A DNA stretch of 64,000 nt from Dehalococcoidia bacterium (GTDB lineage Bacteria; Chloroflexota; Dehalococcoidia; Plut-88900), in contig CBDFLQ010000007.1 in NCBI GenBank assembly GCA_965249275.1, forward strand, positions 320,001-384,000, read 5' to 3'. The position numbers were made by a program, and so were the translations under genes. The notes under the pieces were generated by a model. That model was not told the origin of the DNA and ran no database searches. It worked only from the letters and a program-made list of their open reading frames with translations. Shown in pieces: positions 20,453-29,424 of the stretch; within the stretch, counting starts at the first letter, position 1; each line of letters opens with the position of its first letter.

Positions 20453-20527
20453 ACTTGCGCCAGCACCTTTTGACCCCCAACCCTGTATAATTCTCATGGA
20501 CTTCCAAACACCCCCGAGGCTTAACAC

Positions 20528-21829
20528 ATGACTCACGGACACCTTTCCACCTTCCCCTCCACAACCGTAATCAACGATCAGGACCACCTGAACATCGGCG
20601 GCTGCGACCTCGTAGACCTCGCTCGCCAATTCGGCACCCCCCTCTACATTTTCGACGAGGTAACCCTCCGAAACATGTGCGCCCAGTTCCGCGATGAATT
20701 CGCCAACCGCTACCCCAACACCCAGGTACTCTACGCCAGTAAGGCCTACGTCAACCCCGCCCTCGCCCGTATATTTAACGAGGAAGGGCTCGGCTTGGAC
20801 GTCGTTTCCGGAGGTGAGCTCGCCGTCGCACAGGCCGCCGACTTCCCCGCCGATTTGGTCTACTTTCACGGCAACAACAAGGGCATCGACGAGTTGGAAG
20901 CCGCCCTCGACTGGGGCATCGGTCGCGTCGTAGTGGACAACCCCCGAGAGATGGACCTTATCGACGAAATGGCTCGTGCCAGGGGGAAGGTCCAGGATAT
21001 CTTGATTAGAGTCTCTCCGGGCGTCGACCCCCACACCCACAGCCACACAACCACCGGCATCCTCGACAGCAAGTTCGGCATCCCCATCGAGACCGGCTTA
21101 GCTGAGGAGGCCGTGAAAAAGGCCATGTCGGCGGACAACCTCCGGCTCGTGGGCCTCCATTTCCACCTCGGCTCCCCCATCTATGAGATCGAGCCTTACC
21201 GCACAGCCATAGACGTTACCATGTCCTTCGCTGCAGAAATGCAGGACCGCCACGGCCTTGAGATGCTCGAGTTCAGCCCCGGTGGCGGATTTGCCATCCA
21301 ATACACCGCCGACGAACCTCCCCCCGACGTATCCGAATACGCCGACGCAATCACCTCCGCAATCCTTGAGCGCACCCAGTCCCCGCCCCGCCTCCTCATC
21401 GAGCCCGGCAGGGCCATCGCCGGGCGCGCCGGTGTTGCCCTTTACAGCGTCGGCACGACGAAGGACGTGCCCGGCATCCGCAAATACGTCTCTGTAGATG
21501 GTGGAATGGGAGACAACATCAGGCCCGCGATTTACGGCTCCCGCTATGAGGCGATGGTCGCCAACCGAGCCTCCGCGCCTTCGGAAGAAACCGTCACCAT
21601 CGCAGGCAAGTTCTGCGAGTCCGGCGACATCCTCGTCGAAAACGTGGAGTTGCCTGTCGTGGACAGCCGGGACCTGATAGCCATTCCGGCTTCAGGGGCA
21701 TACTGCCTGGCGATGGCCTCCAACTACAACGCCGCCCCCCGTCCCCCCATAGTCCTCGTTAAGGACGGCGAGCCCCGTCTCATCCGGCGCCGGGAGACCT
21801 ACCAGGACCTCATGCTTTGCGATCTGTGA
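20528..21829 (+). CDS. lysA: Diaminopimelate decarboxylase
   Basis: YASKA, DVVSGGEL, FHGNNK, SKFG, HLGS, EPGRAI, KFCESGD. Confidence 0.95.
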   Translation: MTHGHLSTFPSTTVINDQDHLNIGGCDLVDLARQFGTPLYIFDEVTLRNMCAQFRDEFANRYPNTQVLYASKAYVNPALARIFNEEGLGLDVVSGGELAVAQAADFPADLVYFHGNNKGIDELEAALDWGIGRVVVDNPREMDLIDEMARARGKVQDILIRVSPGVDPHTHSHTTTGILDSKFGIPIETGLAEEAVKKAMSADNLRLVGLHFHLGSPIYEIEPYRTAIDVTMSFAAEMQDRHGLEMLEFSPGGGFAIQYTADEPPPDVSEYADAITSAILERTQSPPRLLIEPGRAIAGRAGVALYSVGTTKDVPGIRKYVSVDGGMGDNIRPAIYGSRYEAMVANRASAPSEETVTIAGKFCESGDILVENVELPVVDSRDLIAIPASGAYCLAMASNYNAAPRPPIVLVKDGEPRLIRRRETYQDLMLCDL

Positions 21830-22872
21830 TCGACGCTAAAGCCTCCGGGACGGCTTCCCACATCCACGGCCATAACGGTGTTCTTACCCTACTGTACACA
21901 GCCGCGCAGGCCGACAGGCTTGCCCATGCTTACGTCTTGGTCGGGCCTCCCCACGTCGGCAAGATGACGGTAGCCGTCCACCTCGCTCAGCTGGTCAACT
22001 GCGAAGACCCGACACCTGGTCCCTGCGGCGCTTGCCGTCAATGCACACGTGTCGCAGCCGGCCACCACTCCGACGTTCAGGTAACGAGCCTTCCAACCAC
22101 TGAGGAAGGAGCCCTGGGAACACAGATCAGGATCGAGCAGGTGCGCGAGCTTCGCAGGCAGGCCAGCCTCCGCCCATACGAGGGCCGCACTCGGGTCTTC
22201 ATCATCCAGGATGCAGAGCTACTCACTAATGAAGCTGCCAACAGCCTGCTGAAGTACCTCGAAGAGCCGCCTCCAAATGTCCTGCTCCTCCTTCTCGCTG
22301 CAGATGAGGACGCCCTGCTCCCGACCGTCCTATCTCGCTGCCAGCGCATGGAGCTTAGGCCCGTGCCTTTTGTCTCCCTCCAGGACGTGCTGACCGCCAA
22401 CTACGGCATCGGCGAAGAGCAGGCTGCACTGATATCCCGACTCTCCGGCGGTTGCCCCGGTTGGGCCATCTCCGCTGTGGAGGACGAATCGGTCCTCGAA
22501 GCCCGGCTTACCGCCCTCGACGAGCAGATCGCTCTCGCCGAGGCCGACCTCGGGGCTCGTTTCCGTTTCGCCAACTCCCTTGGAAGCGCCTTCTATCGTG
22601 ACCGGCCCCGGGTCAGAGACGTTCTCGCCCTCTGCCAGTTATGGTGGATGGACCTCGCCCTCTGCGCCGCCGGCGTCCCCGACCATATCGTCAACATCCA
22701 CAGGATCGAACAGGTGGAGGCCCAATCTCAACTTGTTGGCGTCTCCGCCGCGCACGGATTCATAAAGGATGTGGCCCGTGCTCGGAACATGCTGGAACGC
22801 AATGTAATACCCCGCCTTGCTCTGGAATGGCTTATGCTCAAGATGCCCGCCGGGGCCCGACAGGCGGCCTAG
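21817..22872 (+). CDS. holB: DNA polymerase III delta prime subunit
   Basis: HAYVLVGPPHVGK, CGACRQC, AANSLLKYLEEPP, LPTVLSRCQ. Confidence 0.92.
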   Translation: MRSVIDAKASGTASHIHGHNGVLTLLYTAAQADRLAHAYVLVGPPHVGKMTVAVHLAQLVNCEDPTPGPCGACRQCTRVAAGHHSDVQVTSLPTTEEGALGTQIRIEQVRELRRQASLRPYEGRTRVFIIQDAELLTNEAANSLLKYLEEPPPNVLLLLLAADEDALLPTVLSRCQRMELRPVPFVSLQDVLTANYGIGEEQAALISRLSGGCPGWAISAVEDESVLEARLTALDEQIALAEADLGARFRFANSLGSAFYRDRPRVRDVLALCQLWWMDLALCAAGVPDHIVNIHRIEQVEAQSQLVGVSAAHGFIKDVARARNMLERNVIPRLALEWLMLKMPAGARQAA

Positions 22873-22880
22873 GTGACTAA

Positions 22881-23123
22881 ATGGCTTCTATAGCAGGCGT
22901 AAGGCTCAAGAGATCGGCACCCGTGCTCTATTTCAACACGGGAAACCTGGAGTTCAACGTCAACGACATCGTAGTAGTCGAAACTGAGGATGGAGAGCGT
23001 CTCGCCCGCATCACCTTCACACCGGACCAACTCCTCCTCATTCAATTGAAAGAGCCTTCCGGGTCCGTTCTCAGGCTGGCAACCGAGGAAGATTTGAACG
23101 AGGGTTCATCGGCCCTGGTCTAA
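22881..23123 (+). CDS. Short protein resembling the N-terminal part of YaaT/RicT (PSP1 family)
   Basis: GVRLK...YF....L...DIVVVETEDGERLA...VLRLATEED; follows holB as yaaT usually does. Confidence 0.65.
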   Translation: MASIAGVRLKRSAPVLYFNTGNLEFNVNDIVVVETEDGERLARITFTPDQLLLIQLKEPSGSVLRLATEEDLNEGSSALV

Positions 23124-23130
23124 GGCCTCC

Positions 23131-23649
23131 CTACCCCGGGACGAACTTCCGCCACTCGCCTCGAACGTTCAGGTAGGAGCCCAGGTCCCGGTATCTCCGC
23201 GATGGCGGCATCTTCGGCTCGCGCATCAGCTTCATGCCCGCCTGGGCAGGCGTGCGGCCCGCCTTCCTCAGGTTGCAAGGCACGCAGGCGCTCACGATGT
23301 TGTCCCAGGTGTGGACTCCACCCGCCCGCCGGGGCACGACGTGGTCCAACGTCAGATCGGGGACCTGCTTCCCGCAATACTGGCAAAAGTGCTTGTCCCT
23401 AACGAATACCTCTCGACGGGACAAACGGGGCGGCAGCATGGGTCGCTTGATCATATGCCCCAGCCTGATCACCGAGGGTAGAGCAAACACCGACGATTCG
23501 CTGCGCATGCCTCCCCGGCCGTTCTCCAGGGTCTCCGCCTTGCCTTTCAGCAGAAGCACTATGGCGCGGCGCAGGTTGCAGACGTTGAGCGGCTCGTAGT
23601 TCTGGTTGAGGACCAGGACGGCTTTTGGGGCCGGAATTGTGCGAGCCAT
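23131..23649 (-). CDS. HNH endonuclease
   Basis: VLVLNQNYEPL, RDKHFCQYCG, TLDHVVPR..GG..TWDNIVSACVPCN. Confidence 0.92.
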   Translation of the reverse strand: MARTIPAPKAVLVLNQNYEPLNVCNLRRAIVLLLKGKAETLENGRGGMRSESSVFALPSVIRLGHMIKRPMLPPRLSRREVFVRDKHFCQYCGKQVPDLTLDHVVPRRAGGVHTWDNIVSACVPCNLRKAGRTPAQAGMKLMREPKMPPSRRYRDLGSYLNVRGEWRKFVPG

Positions 23650-23677
23650 TCGATAAGGTCGCCTTCCAACTGGGCCA

Positions 23678-24421
23678 CTATGCGGATTGGCGTGATTCTA
23701 TCACACCCCCACCCCCCTGCAACCTCCCCCGAGACCACACCAGTACCGCCAAATATACTCCACCCATAGCTAACGCGCCCAACACGTCGCTCGGCCAATG
23801 GACTCCCAGGTACACCCTTGAGGTCGCCATAGCTGCTACTAGAAGCATAAGCCCGGCCTGCATTGCCTTTCTCAGCCCCGTGTACCGACCCCGCACCCCC
23901 GACAAAAGTATCGCCAGCGCCCCGAAGCAAACGACAGCAAACAGCACGTGCCCGCTGGGAAATCCATACGTCGTGAGCTCTTCCCGCACATCCAGTAGCG
24001 CCGGGTCGGGACGAGGGCTCGCCACTATCTGCTTGATCACCCAGTTCACCCCCAAGCTCACTAAGACCAGTACAACGAGCAGCGCGGCATCCGACCTCTG
24101 CTTTAGCACAACCAGGGCCAGACCTGCGCACACGGTTATGATCGACGCCGGAAACCACCACCCCACCCCCGACACCCCTCTCATCACTTCATCGAACAGT
24201 GGTATGGATATCGACTGCACCCACTCCGCAACCGCCAAGTCACCCGGCAACCATTCCAACTGCGCCGCGCTCACCGACAACCCCACCGCCGCCGCTATAA
24301 GGATGATTACAAACACATTGCGCCATGACCGTATCACCTCGGGTTGGGACATGGGCCAAATAATACACTTCCATGACCGTGCAGGCCGAGATAGATGGCC
24401 ACCGACTGTACTTAACCCCAC
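23678..24421 (-). CDS. PAP2 family phosphatase
   Basis: K.IVASPRP, FPSGH, SRVYLGVHWPSDV; true start probably downstream of ORF start. Confidence 0.9.
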   Translation of the reverse strand: MGLSTVGGHLSRPARSWKCIIWPMSQPEVIRSWRNVFVIILIAAAVGLSVSAAQLEWLPGDLAVAEWVQSISIPLFDEVMRGVSGVGWWFPASIITVCAGLALVVLKQRSDAALLVVLVLVSLGVNWVIKQIVASPRPDPALLDVREELTTYGFPSGHVLFAVVCFGALAILLSGVRGRYTGLRKAMQAGLMLLVAAMATSRVYLGVHWPSDVLGALAMGGVYLAVLVWSRGRLQGGGGVIESRQSA

Positions 24422-24520
24422 ATTATGTAACGCTCTGCACGCCTGAGATTGCCTAAATCGGCAGTCCGTTGTTTACTTATATAGGAGCGCCGCGTCCGTC
24501 AACACATAAGGAAACAAACA

Positions 24521-25861
24521 TTGCTTGAGTCCCTAACCGAAAAGTTAACATCCATACTCAAACGCCTCGAAGGCAGGGCCCGACTCACCGAGGAGATCAT
24601 CAACGAGGCCCTCCGCGAAGTCCGCCTCGCTCTCCTCGAAGCCGACGTCAATTTCAAGGTCGTCAAGACCTTCGTCTCGACTGTCAAGGAACGCTGCCTA
24701 ACAGCGGAAGTCCTCGAGGCCGTCACTCCTTCCCAGCAGATCCTCGCAATAGTCCACGAGGAGCTAACCAACATCCTCGGCGCTGAGGGCCACGGCCTTG
24801 AGTCTGCTGACACTGCCCCCGGCGTCATTCTACTGGCAGGCCTCCAGGGCTCAGGTAAGACCACCACTGCCGCCAAGCTGGCCCTCCAGCTTAGGCGCGA
24901 CGGTAAGTCTGCCCTCCTCGTCGCCGCCGACCTCCAACGCCCAGCTGCGATCGACCAGCTCGTGTCCCTTGGCAAGCAGCTGAGTGTACCCGTCTATAGC
25001 GAACCCCCGGACTCCGACCCCATAGACGTATCCAAGCACGGCCTTCAAGAGGCCCGGGACCTGAATGTCGATTGGGTAATCGTCGACACCGCGGGACGCC
25101 TCAATATCGACGACGATCTTATGGAGCAGCTGTCCCGTATCAAAAAAGCCGTCTCGCCCACAGAGTCCCTCCTCGTCGTAGACTCCATGACCGGCCAGGA
25201 GGCCGTAAGTGTCGCCGAAGAGTTCAACAAGCGAATCGGGCTGACCGGCCTGATTCTCACGAAGATGGACGGCGACGCCCGAGGCGGAGCGGCCCTGTCC
25301 GTCACCTCCGTTACAGGTGTGCCAATCAAGTTCATCGGCGTCGGCGAAAAGGCGGACGCCCTCGAACCCTACCATCCGGACAGGCTTGCCTCCCGGATCC
25401 TTGGCATGGGAGACGTCCAGACCCTCGTCGAAAAAGCCAAGCTCAGCATGGACGAGGCCCGGGCCAGGGAGATGGAGCGCAAGATGCGCAACGCCACCTT
25501 CACCCTGGAGGACTTCCTGGAGCAGATGCACCAGCTCCGGGAGATGGGCGGCCTGGGTCAGGTCCTCGACATGATCCCCGGCATTGGCAAGCTCAAAAAC
25601 CGCATCGGACCCGGAGACCTGGACGACGACAAGCTCAACAAGACCGAGGCCATCATCCTCTCCATGACCCCGGAAGAGCGCCAGAACCCCAGCCTAATTG
25701 GGGGCAGCAGGAAGCGCCGCATTTGCAAGGGAAGCGGTACTCTGCCCCAGGACGTGAACCAGCTCCTAAACCAGTTCCGCCAGATGCAGAAGATGATGAA
25801 GGCCATGGCCGGCACAAAGTCCCGCCTCCGCGGCCAACAGATGGCCCAGCTGTTCAGGTAG
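24521..25861 (+). CDS. ffh: Signal recognition particle protein
   Basis: LLEADV, GLQGSGKTT, DTAGR, TKMDGDARGG, RILGMGD, Met-rich M domain. Confidence 0.97.
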   Translation: MLESLTEKLTSILKRLEGRARLTEEIINEALREVRLALLEADVNFKVVKTFVSTVKERCLTAEVLEAVTPSQQILAIVHEELTNILGAEGHGLESADTAPGVILLAGLQGSGKTTTAAKLALQLRRDGKSALLVAADLQRPAAIDQLVSLGKQLSVPVYSEPPDSDPIDVSKHGLQEARDLNVDWVIVDTAGRLNIDDDLMEQLSRIKKAVSPTESLLVVDSMTGQEAVSVAEEFNKRIGLTGLILTKMDGDARGGAALSVTSVTGVPIKFIGVGEKADALEPYHPDRLASRILGMGDVQTLVEKAKLSMDEARAREMERKMRNATFTLEDFLEQMHQLREMGGLGQVLDMIPGIGKLKNRIGPGDLDDDKLNKTEAIILSMTPEERQNPSLIGGSRKRRICKGSGTLPQDVNQLLNQFRQMQKMMKAMAGTKSRLRGQQMAQLFR

Positions 25862-25982
25862 TCAGTCCGGGCTTCGGCTCGTATTTCGTGAGCGTGCTCC
25901 ATTTGGGAGCAGCGAAGTGAGCGCGCAAGTCCTACATTCCAACTCAGGGCCCGGAATGACGGTAATGCAAAGGTCTCGCCTC

Positions 25983-26036
25983 GGCGGACCCTCCAGAGGC
26001 GGGTGTTCCACTTTAAGCGCGAGGCTTCGGCATGAC
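25983..26036. repeat. 54-bp interspersed repeat, second copy at 35125-35178
   Basis: 49/54 identity by manual alignment. Confidence 0.8.
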
Positions 26037-26050
26037 ACGGGGGAGGGGCC

Positions 26051-26365
26051 TTAGAGATTCAGCTCTTCCACCCGTGTCGGGCGCTCTAACCTGTAGTCGA
26101 GGCGCTTGATCGAGCCGCGGCCCTTGACATACGGGACAATGCGCGCATCGAATGCGATTGTGCTCCGAGCGGGTATGGGAGAGCTCCACTTGCCTTCCTG
26201 AAACCAGACGTGGTCCGTAAGCTGTACGCCTGTCTCCGAATCTTGTATCTCGGCCAGCATGATGTGGCCGAGATGTCTATTCCGCTTTTTCAATACGGCG
26301 GTGAACCGAGCTCGCTTGCCTACGAGCTTTTCAAGCGCCTTTCTGTATCCCTTAGCTCTTCTCAA
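26051..26365 (-). CDS. Small hypothetical protein, possibly phage-derived
   Basis: GGAGG RBS before TTG; TDHVWF...FDARI..YVKG...DYRL pattern reminiscent of small phage hypotheticals (from memory). Confidence 0.55.
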   Translation of the reverse strand: MRRAKGYRKALEKLVGKRARFTAVLKKRNRHLGHIMLAEIQDSETGVQLTDHVWFQEGKWSSPIPARSTIAFDARIVPYVKGRGSIKRLDYRLERPTRVEELNL

Positions 26366-26771
26366 CTATTCCTCCAAAATGCACCGTTATGAAACCCCTC
26401 GGTCTCCACCTGCTTATGCTTCGGGGGAGCCGGGATGAGTGGCCGCTCCCGTGGAGGGCTTCACACCAGAGGGACACTTTCGGACTGATCGGGGCCGGGG
26501 GCTATCCTAGCCATTACGTTCTTGAGTGCGTCCAACGGGGTCAGGGTGGGCGGGGGCGGCCTCTGGCGGTGCGGCGGGGGGTTTGGGAGCCGGGTGCGAG
26601 GTCATCGTGCGGGACAGATGCACGGCTCGGTGCGTCTTGCTGAGGAGGATTTTCCGGTTGCGGCGTCTTTGATGACAGGCGCGATTCTTCACGGGGATGG
26701 ATTTCCGCACGCCACGGCGCACGCCCATGCGCATCTTCGACATCTGCGACACCTACGACCTCCGCAGGAAT

Positions 26772-27827
26772 TGTGGATGTCAGGTAATTCGTTGACAGAA
26801 TTAGAGGGATTTAAGGGTCTCCAAAGGGGTCTTTCCGTCCATTGCCTGGTGGGGTCTCTGAGTATTGTAGTAGATCAGGTATTGCTGAAGCTCGTCCTTC
26901 AGTTCCGAGACCGATTCGAAGGTTGTCCCCTCCAGCAGGTCCTCGTTCAAGGTTCTCCAGAACCGTTCTATCTTCCCGTTGGTCTGGGGCCTATAAGGGC
27001 GGGTGTAGCGGTGCTTTATGCCCAGTTCATTGAGCATCCGTTCCATGGGGTGGCCCTCGGTGTTCCTTGGGGAGGCCATCTCGGGGCCGTTGTCGGTGAG
27101 GATAGCCTCGAATTGGATGCCGTACTCCGCATTGAGGAAGTTGATGGACTTCAATACAGCAAACATAACGGAGAGACTCTTGATGTCTCCGACCACTTCG
27201 GCCCAGGCCAGACGGGTGTAGGCGTCGATGAGGCCCACCAGGTAGTAGCGGTGCTTGGTGCCCACGATGGTATCCCGGCTGAGGTAGTGGCTGTCCAGGT
27301 GGCCCAGCTCTCCTGCCCGGGTCTTGATGATCTTGCGCTTCGATTGCTGCATCGGCTTTGTGAGCCTATTGAAACCGTGGCGTCTGGTGATGGCGTAGAT
27401 GGTGGAGGGCTTAGGGGTGTTGTGTTTAAGGATGGGTTTGAGTATGGCATAGATCTCGTAACGGTTGGTACCGTTAAGGCGCTCGTTGATGACCTTCTGC
27501 TCAATGTAGGGCAGGGTGCGGCGGGACTTCCACCCGGGACCCCGCTTACGGGGGAGGAAGGCGTTGTCGGAGGGGGAGAGGAGGAATCGGTTGTAGTACT
27601 TGGCAAAGGTCTGACGGCTGGTGCCGTGGAAGGAGTAGAAGTCCTGGGCGAAGCGGAAACGGGGATGCTTCCCTGCCTTGACCAGTTGATACTCATGGAT
27701 GAGGAACCGCCACTTCTGAATGTAGTTCCGTTCAAGGGTGAGATCCTTGCTATTGTCTCGCATTCTCGCCTCCAGATTGGTGTTGGCCTCTTATACCAAT
27801 CTGTCAACGAATTACCTAACACTTACA
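26772..27827 (-). mobile_element. IS481-family insertion sequence, 1056 bp
   Basis: TGT...ACA ends; 28-bp TIRs 26772-26799 and 27800-27827 (24/28); GGAAT duplication at 26767-26771 and 27828-27832. Confidence 0.93.
26801..27763 (-). CDS. IS481-family DDE transposase (rve core)
   Basis: GHLDS, IDAYTR, LTDNGPE, PYRPQTNGKIERFWRT, YNTQRPHQ. Confidence 0.93.
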   Translation of the reverse strand: MRDNSKDLTLERNYIQKWRFLIHEYQLVKAGKHPRFRFAQDFYSFHGTSRQTFAKYYNRFLLSPSDNAFLPRKRGPGWKSRRTLPYIEQKVINERLNGTNRYEIYAILKPILKHNTPKPSTIYAITRRHGFNRLTKPMQQSKRKIIKTRAGELGHLDSHYLSRDTIVGTKHRYYLVGLIDAYTRLAWAEVVGDIKSLSVMFAVLKSINFLNAEYGIQFEAILTDNGPEMASPRNTEGHPMERMLNELGIKHRYTRPYRPQTNGKIERFWRTLNEDLLEGTTFESVSELKDELQQYLIYYNTQRPHQAMDGKTPLETLKSL

Positions 27828-28552
27828 GGAATGACGGTTAAGCCATCGCGGTGAGGCTCTTCGTCGGGTGGGGTGTCGGGGAGGGGATTGCTCTCCGACT
27901 TCTCGGGAATGACGGTTAAGGTGGGCGGGGGTTCGCCGTATGGTAGCGGGTCATAATCTGGGCAATGGTCATCATCGGGGTCTTCGTCATCGGGATCTTC
28001 TTCGTCGGGGTCGGGGAAAGGGCCGGGATAGTACTTCAAAATAAATCTGTCCATGTCTTCCACCTCGGCGGTCAAGGCCTCGTTCTCCACTAGCCGTTCG
28101 GTTTCTTCCTGGGGCCACGGCTCATCGGGGTCTATGAGACCGTAGCGCCATCTGGTCTCCAGGGAGAGGAGCTGCCTCCAGGGCCACCATTTCTCGCCGG
28201 GTTTCGCCATGCGGACGGGGACTATGTCGTGGAAATCGAGGTTGCCATTGTCCACGTAGTCCTGGAAGACCTTCTTGATGAGGGCGTCGATCTGCTCCTG
28301 GTCGGTGAGTTTACGGGGCATTCGGGAGTTGGCGGGGAGGGACCTGGCGAGGATGCGGAGGTAGCGGGAGACCTGGACGTGGTCGATGGGGCGCTTGCTC
28401 AAGAGGCGGTTGGTCAGGGAGCGAAGGAGGGCGATTTCGCCTTCCATGCCGGGGCTGTCGGGAGACAGGGGGGGCAGGGAAGGGCTGACAGTGGCGAGGG
28501 AGCGGCGGCGATGGGGCCGTCGGCCTCTGACGTGTCCACTGCGCCCGACGGG

Positions 28553-28830
28553 GCGGGTATTCTTCCGCGGCGCATTGCCGCAGGCATCCGCTTCTGCGCC
28601 AAGGGCAGCAGTGCGGGTTTTCTTCCGCGGCGCATTGCCGCAGGCATCCGCTTCTGCGCCAAGGGCAACAGTGCGGGATTTCTTCCGCGGCGCATTGCCG
28701 CAGGCATCCGCTTCTGCGCCAGGGGCGGCAGTGCGGGATTTCTTCCGCGGCGCATTGCCGCAGGCATCCACTTCTACGCCGAGCACGGCGGAGCGGGCAT
28801 TCTTCCGCGGCGCATTGCCGCAGGCATCCG
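28553..28830. repeat. 60-bp tandem repeat, about 4.5 units, coding (20 aa) on minus strand
   Basis: TTCTTCCGCGGCGCATTGCCGCAGGCATCC recurs every 60 bp five times; encodes DACGNAPRK. Confidence 0.95.
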
Positions 28831-28955
28831 CGAGGGGATCGGGCTGGGGGTGCAGACCAACCGCCTCTTGAGCAGGCGCCCCGACGGTGAGTCGGGGAGA
28901 GGGGTTTGACAAAGGTTTGTTTTGTGTTTTGGATGGGGACATGGACTGAACAGGA

Positions 28956-28984
28956 TAATAGAACGTGTGTACTGTTTGAGTCAA
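28956..28984 (-). promoter_or_regulatory. Promoter with LexA-like box in its spacer
   Basis: Minus strand TTGACT...TATTAT; AGAAC-GTGT-GTACT at 28960-28973 (1 mismatch to AGAAC-N4-GTTCT). Confidence 0.6.
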
Positions 28985-29064
28985 GGGGTCCGTGTCACAT
29001 TTGGGGAGGGGGAGCCTTCCCGTGTTACGCTGCGGGAGCAAATCGACGCTGCACTTTCACGGTG

Positions 29065-29392
29065 GAACCCTCACCCCCTTGATCCCCCTCTCACGCCACA
29101 GGCGCATCTTCGACCCTTAGGGCCTGTAAGGGAGAGGGGGAGATAAGAACAGAGGCCCGCATTGGCGCAGAGCGCCAATGCGGGCCTCTAGTTCAGTACT
29201 GGGGGAAAGGGGGGAGGGAACAGCTTCACGCTCGACGCTTGCCTTTGACGGGGCTCAGGATGAACGACCCAAGGGATGGATTCCCGATCGGAGTCGGGAA
29301 TGACGGAATAAGGGGAAGGCGGCCGGTCGCCCTACGGAAGGGAGAGGAGACAGGAGCCCCGCCCTAGATTCCTCGCGGGGTTTCGGAATGAC
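29065..29392. repeat. Cluster of REP-like palindromes incl. perfect 18-bp hairpin 29151-29189
   Basis: AGAGGCCCGCATTGGCGC-aga-GCGCCAATGCGGGCCTCT; GGATTCCCGA..TCGGGAATGAC; GCTCAGGATGA; CGCCCTACGGAAGGG; motifs recur at 33530-33610 and 35250-35390. Confidence 0.75.
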
Positions 29393-29424
29393 AGAGCAAA
29401 TTGTGGACTCGGGATGAAGGGCTT

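Larger units (their letters stand above)
26541..28942 (-). pseudogene. Repeat-rich hypothetical gene interrupted by IS481
   Basis: Removing the IS and one GGAAT rejoins ...LTVIP to AEVVGVADVEDAHGRAPWR... in frame to TGA at 26541; ATG at 28942 follows a promoter. Confidence 0.65.

Noticed and set aside
20200-20527. Lysine riboswitch upstream of lysA
   Set aside because: The region is made of repeat modules found elsewhere in the window, and a TATAAT near 20485 lies downstream of them.
23131-23649. HNH gene as a homing or mobile element
   Set aside because: Looks like the common stand-alone HNH type with host-like composition and no flanking intron or repeat.
26507-26752. 81-aa ORF as an independent gene
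   Set aside because: A different frame here rejoins the IS-split gene, which explains the region better.
26522-27841. 439-aa plus-strand ORF
   Set aside because: Antisense shadow of the IS481 transposase; no motif.
28553-28830. CRISPR-like 30-bp repeat with 30-bp spacers
   Set aside because: The spacers are homologous to each other, the period is an in-frame 60 bp and no cas genes are present; it is a coding tandem repeat.
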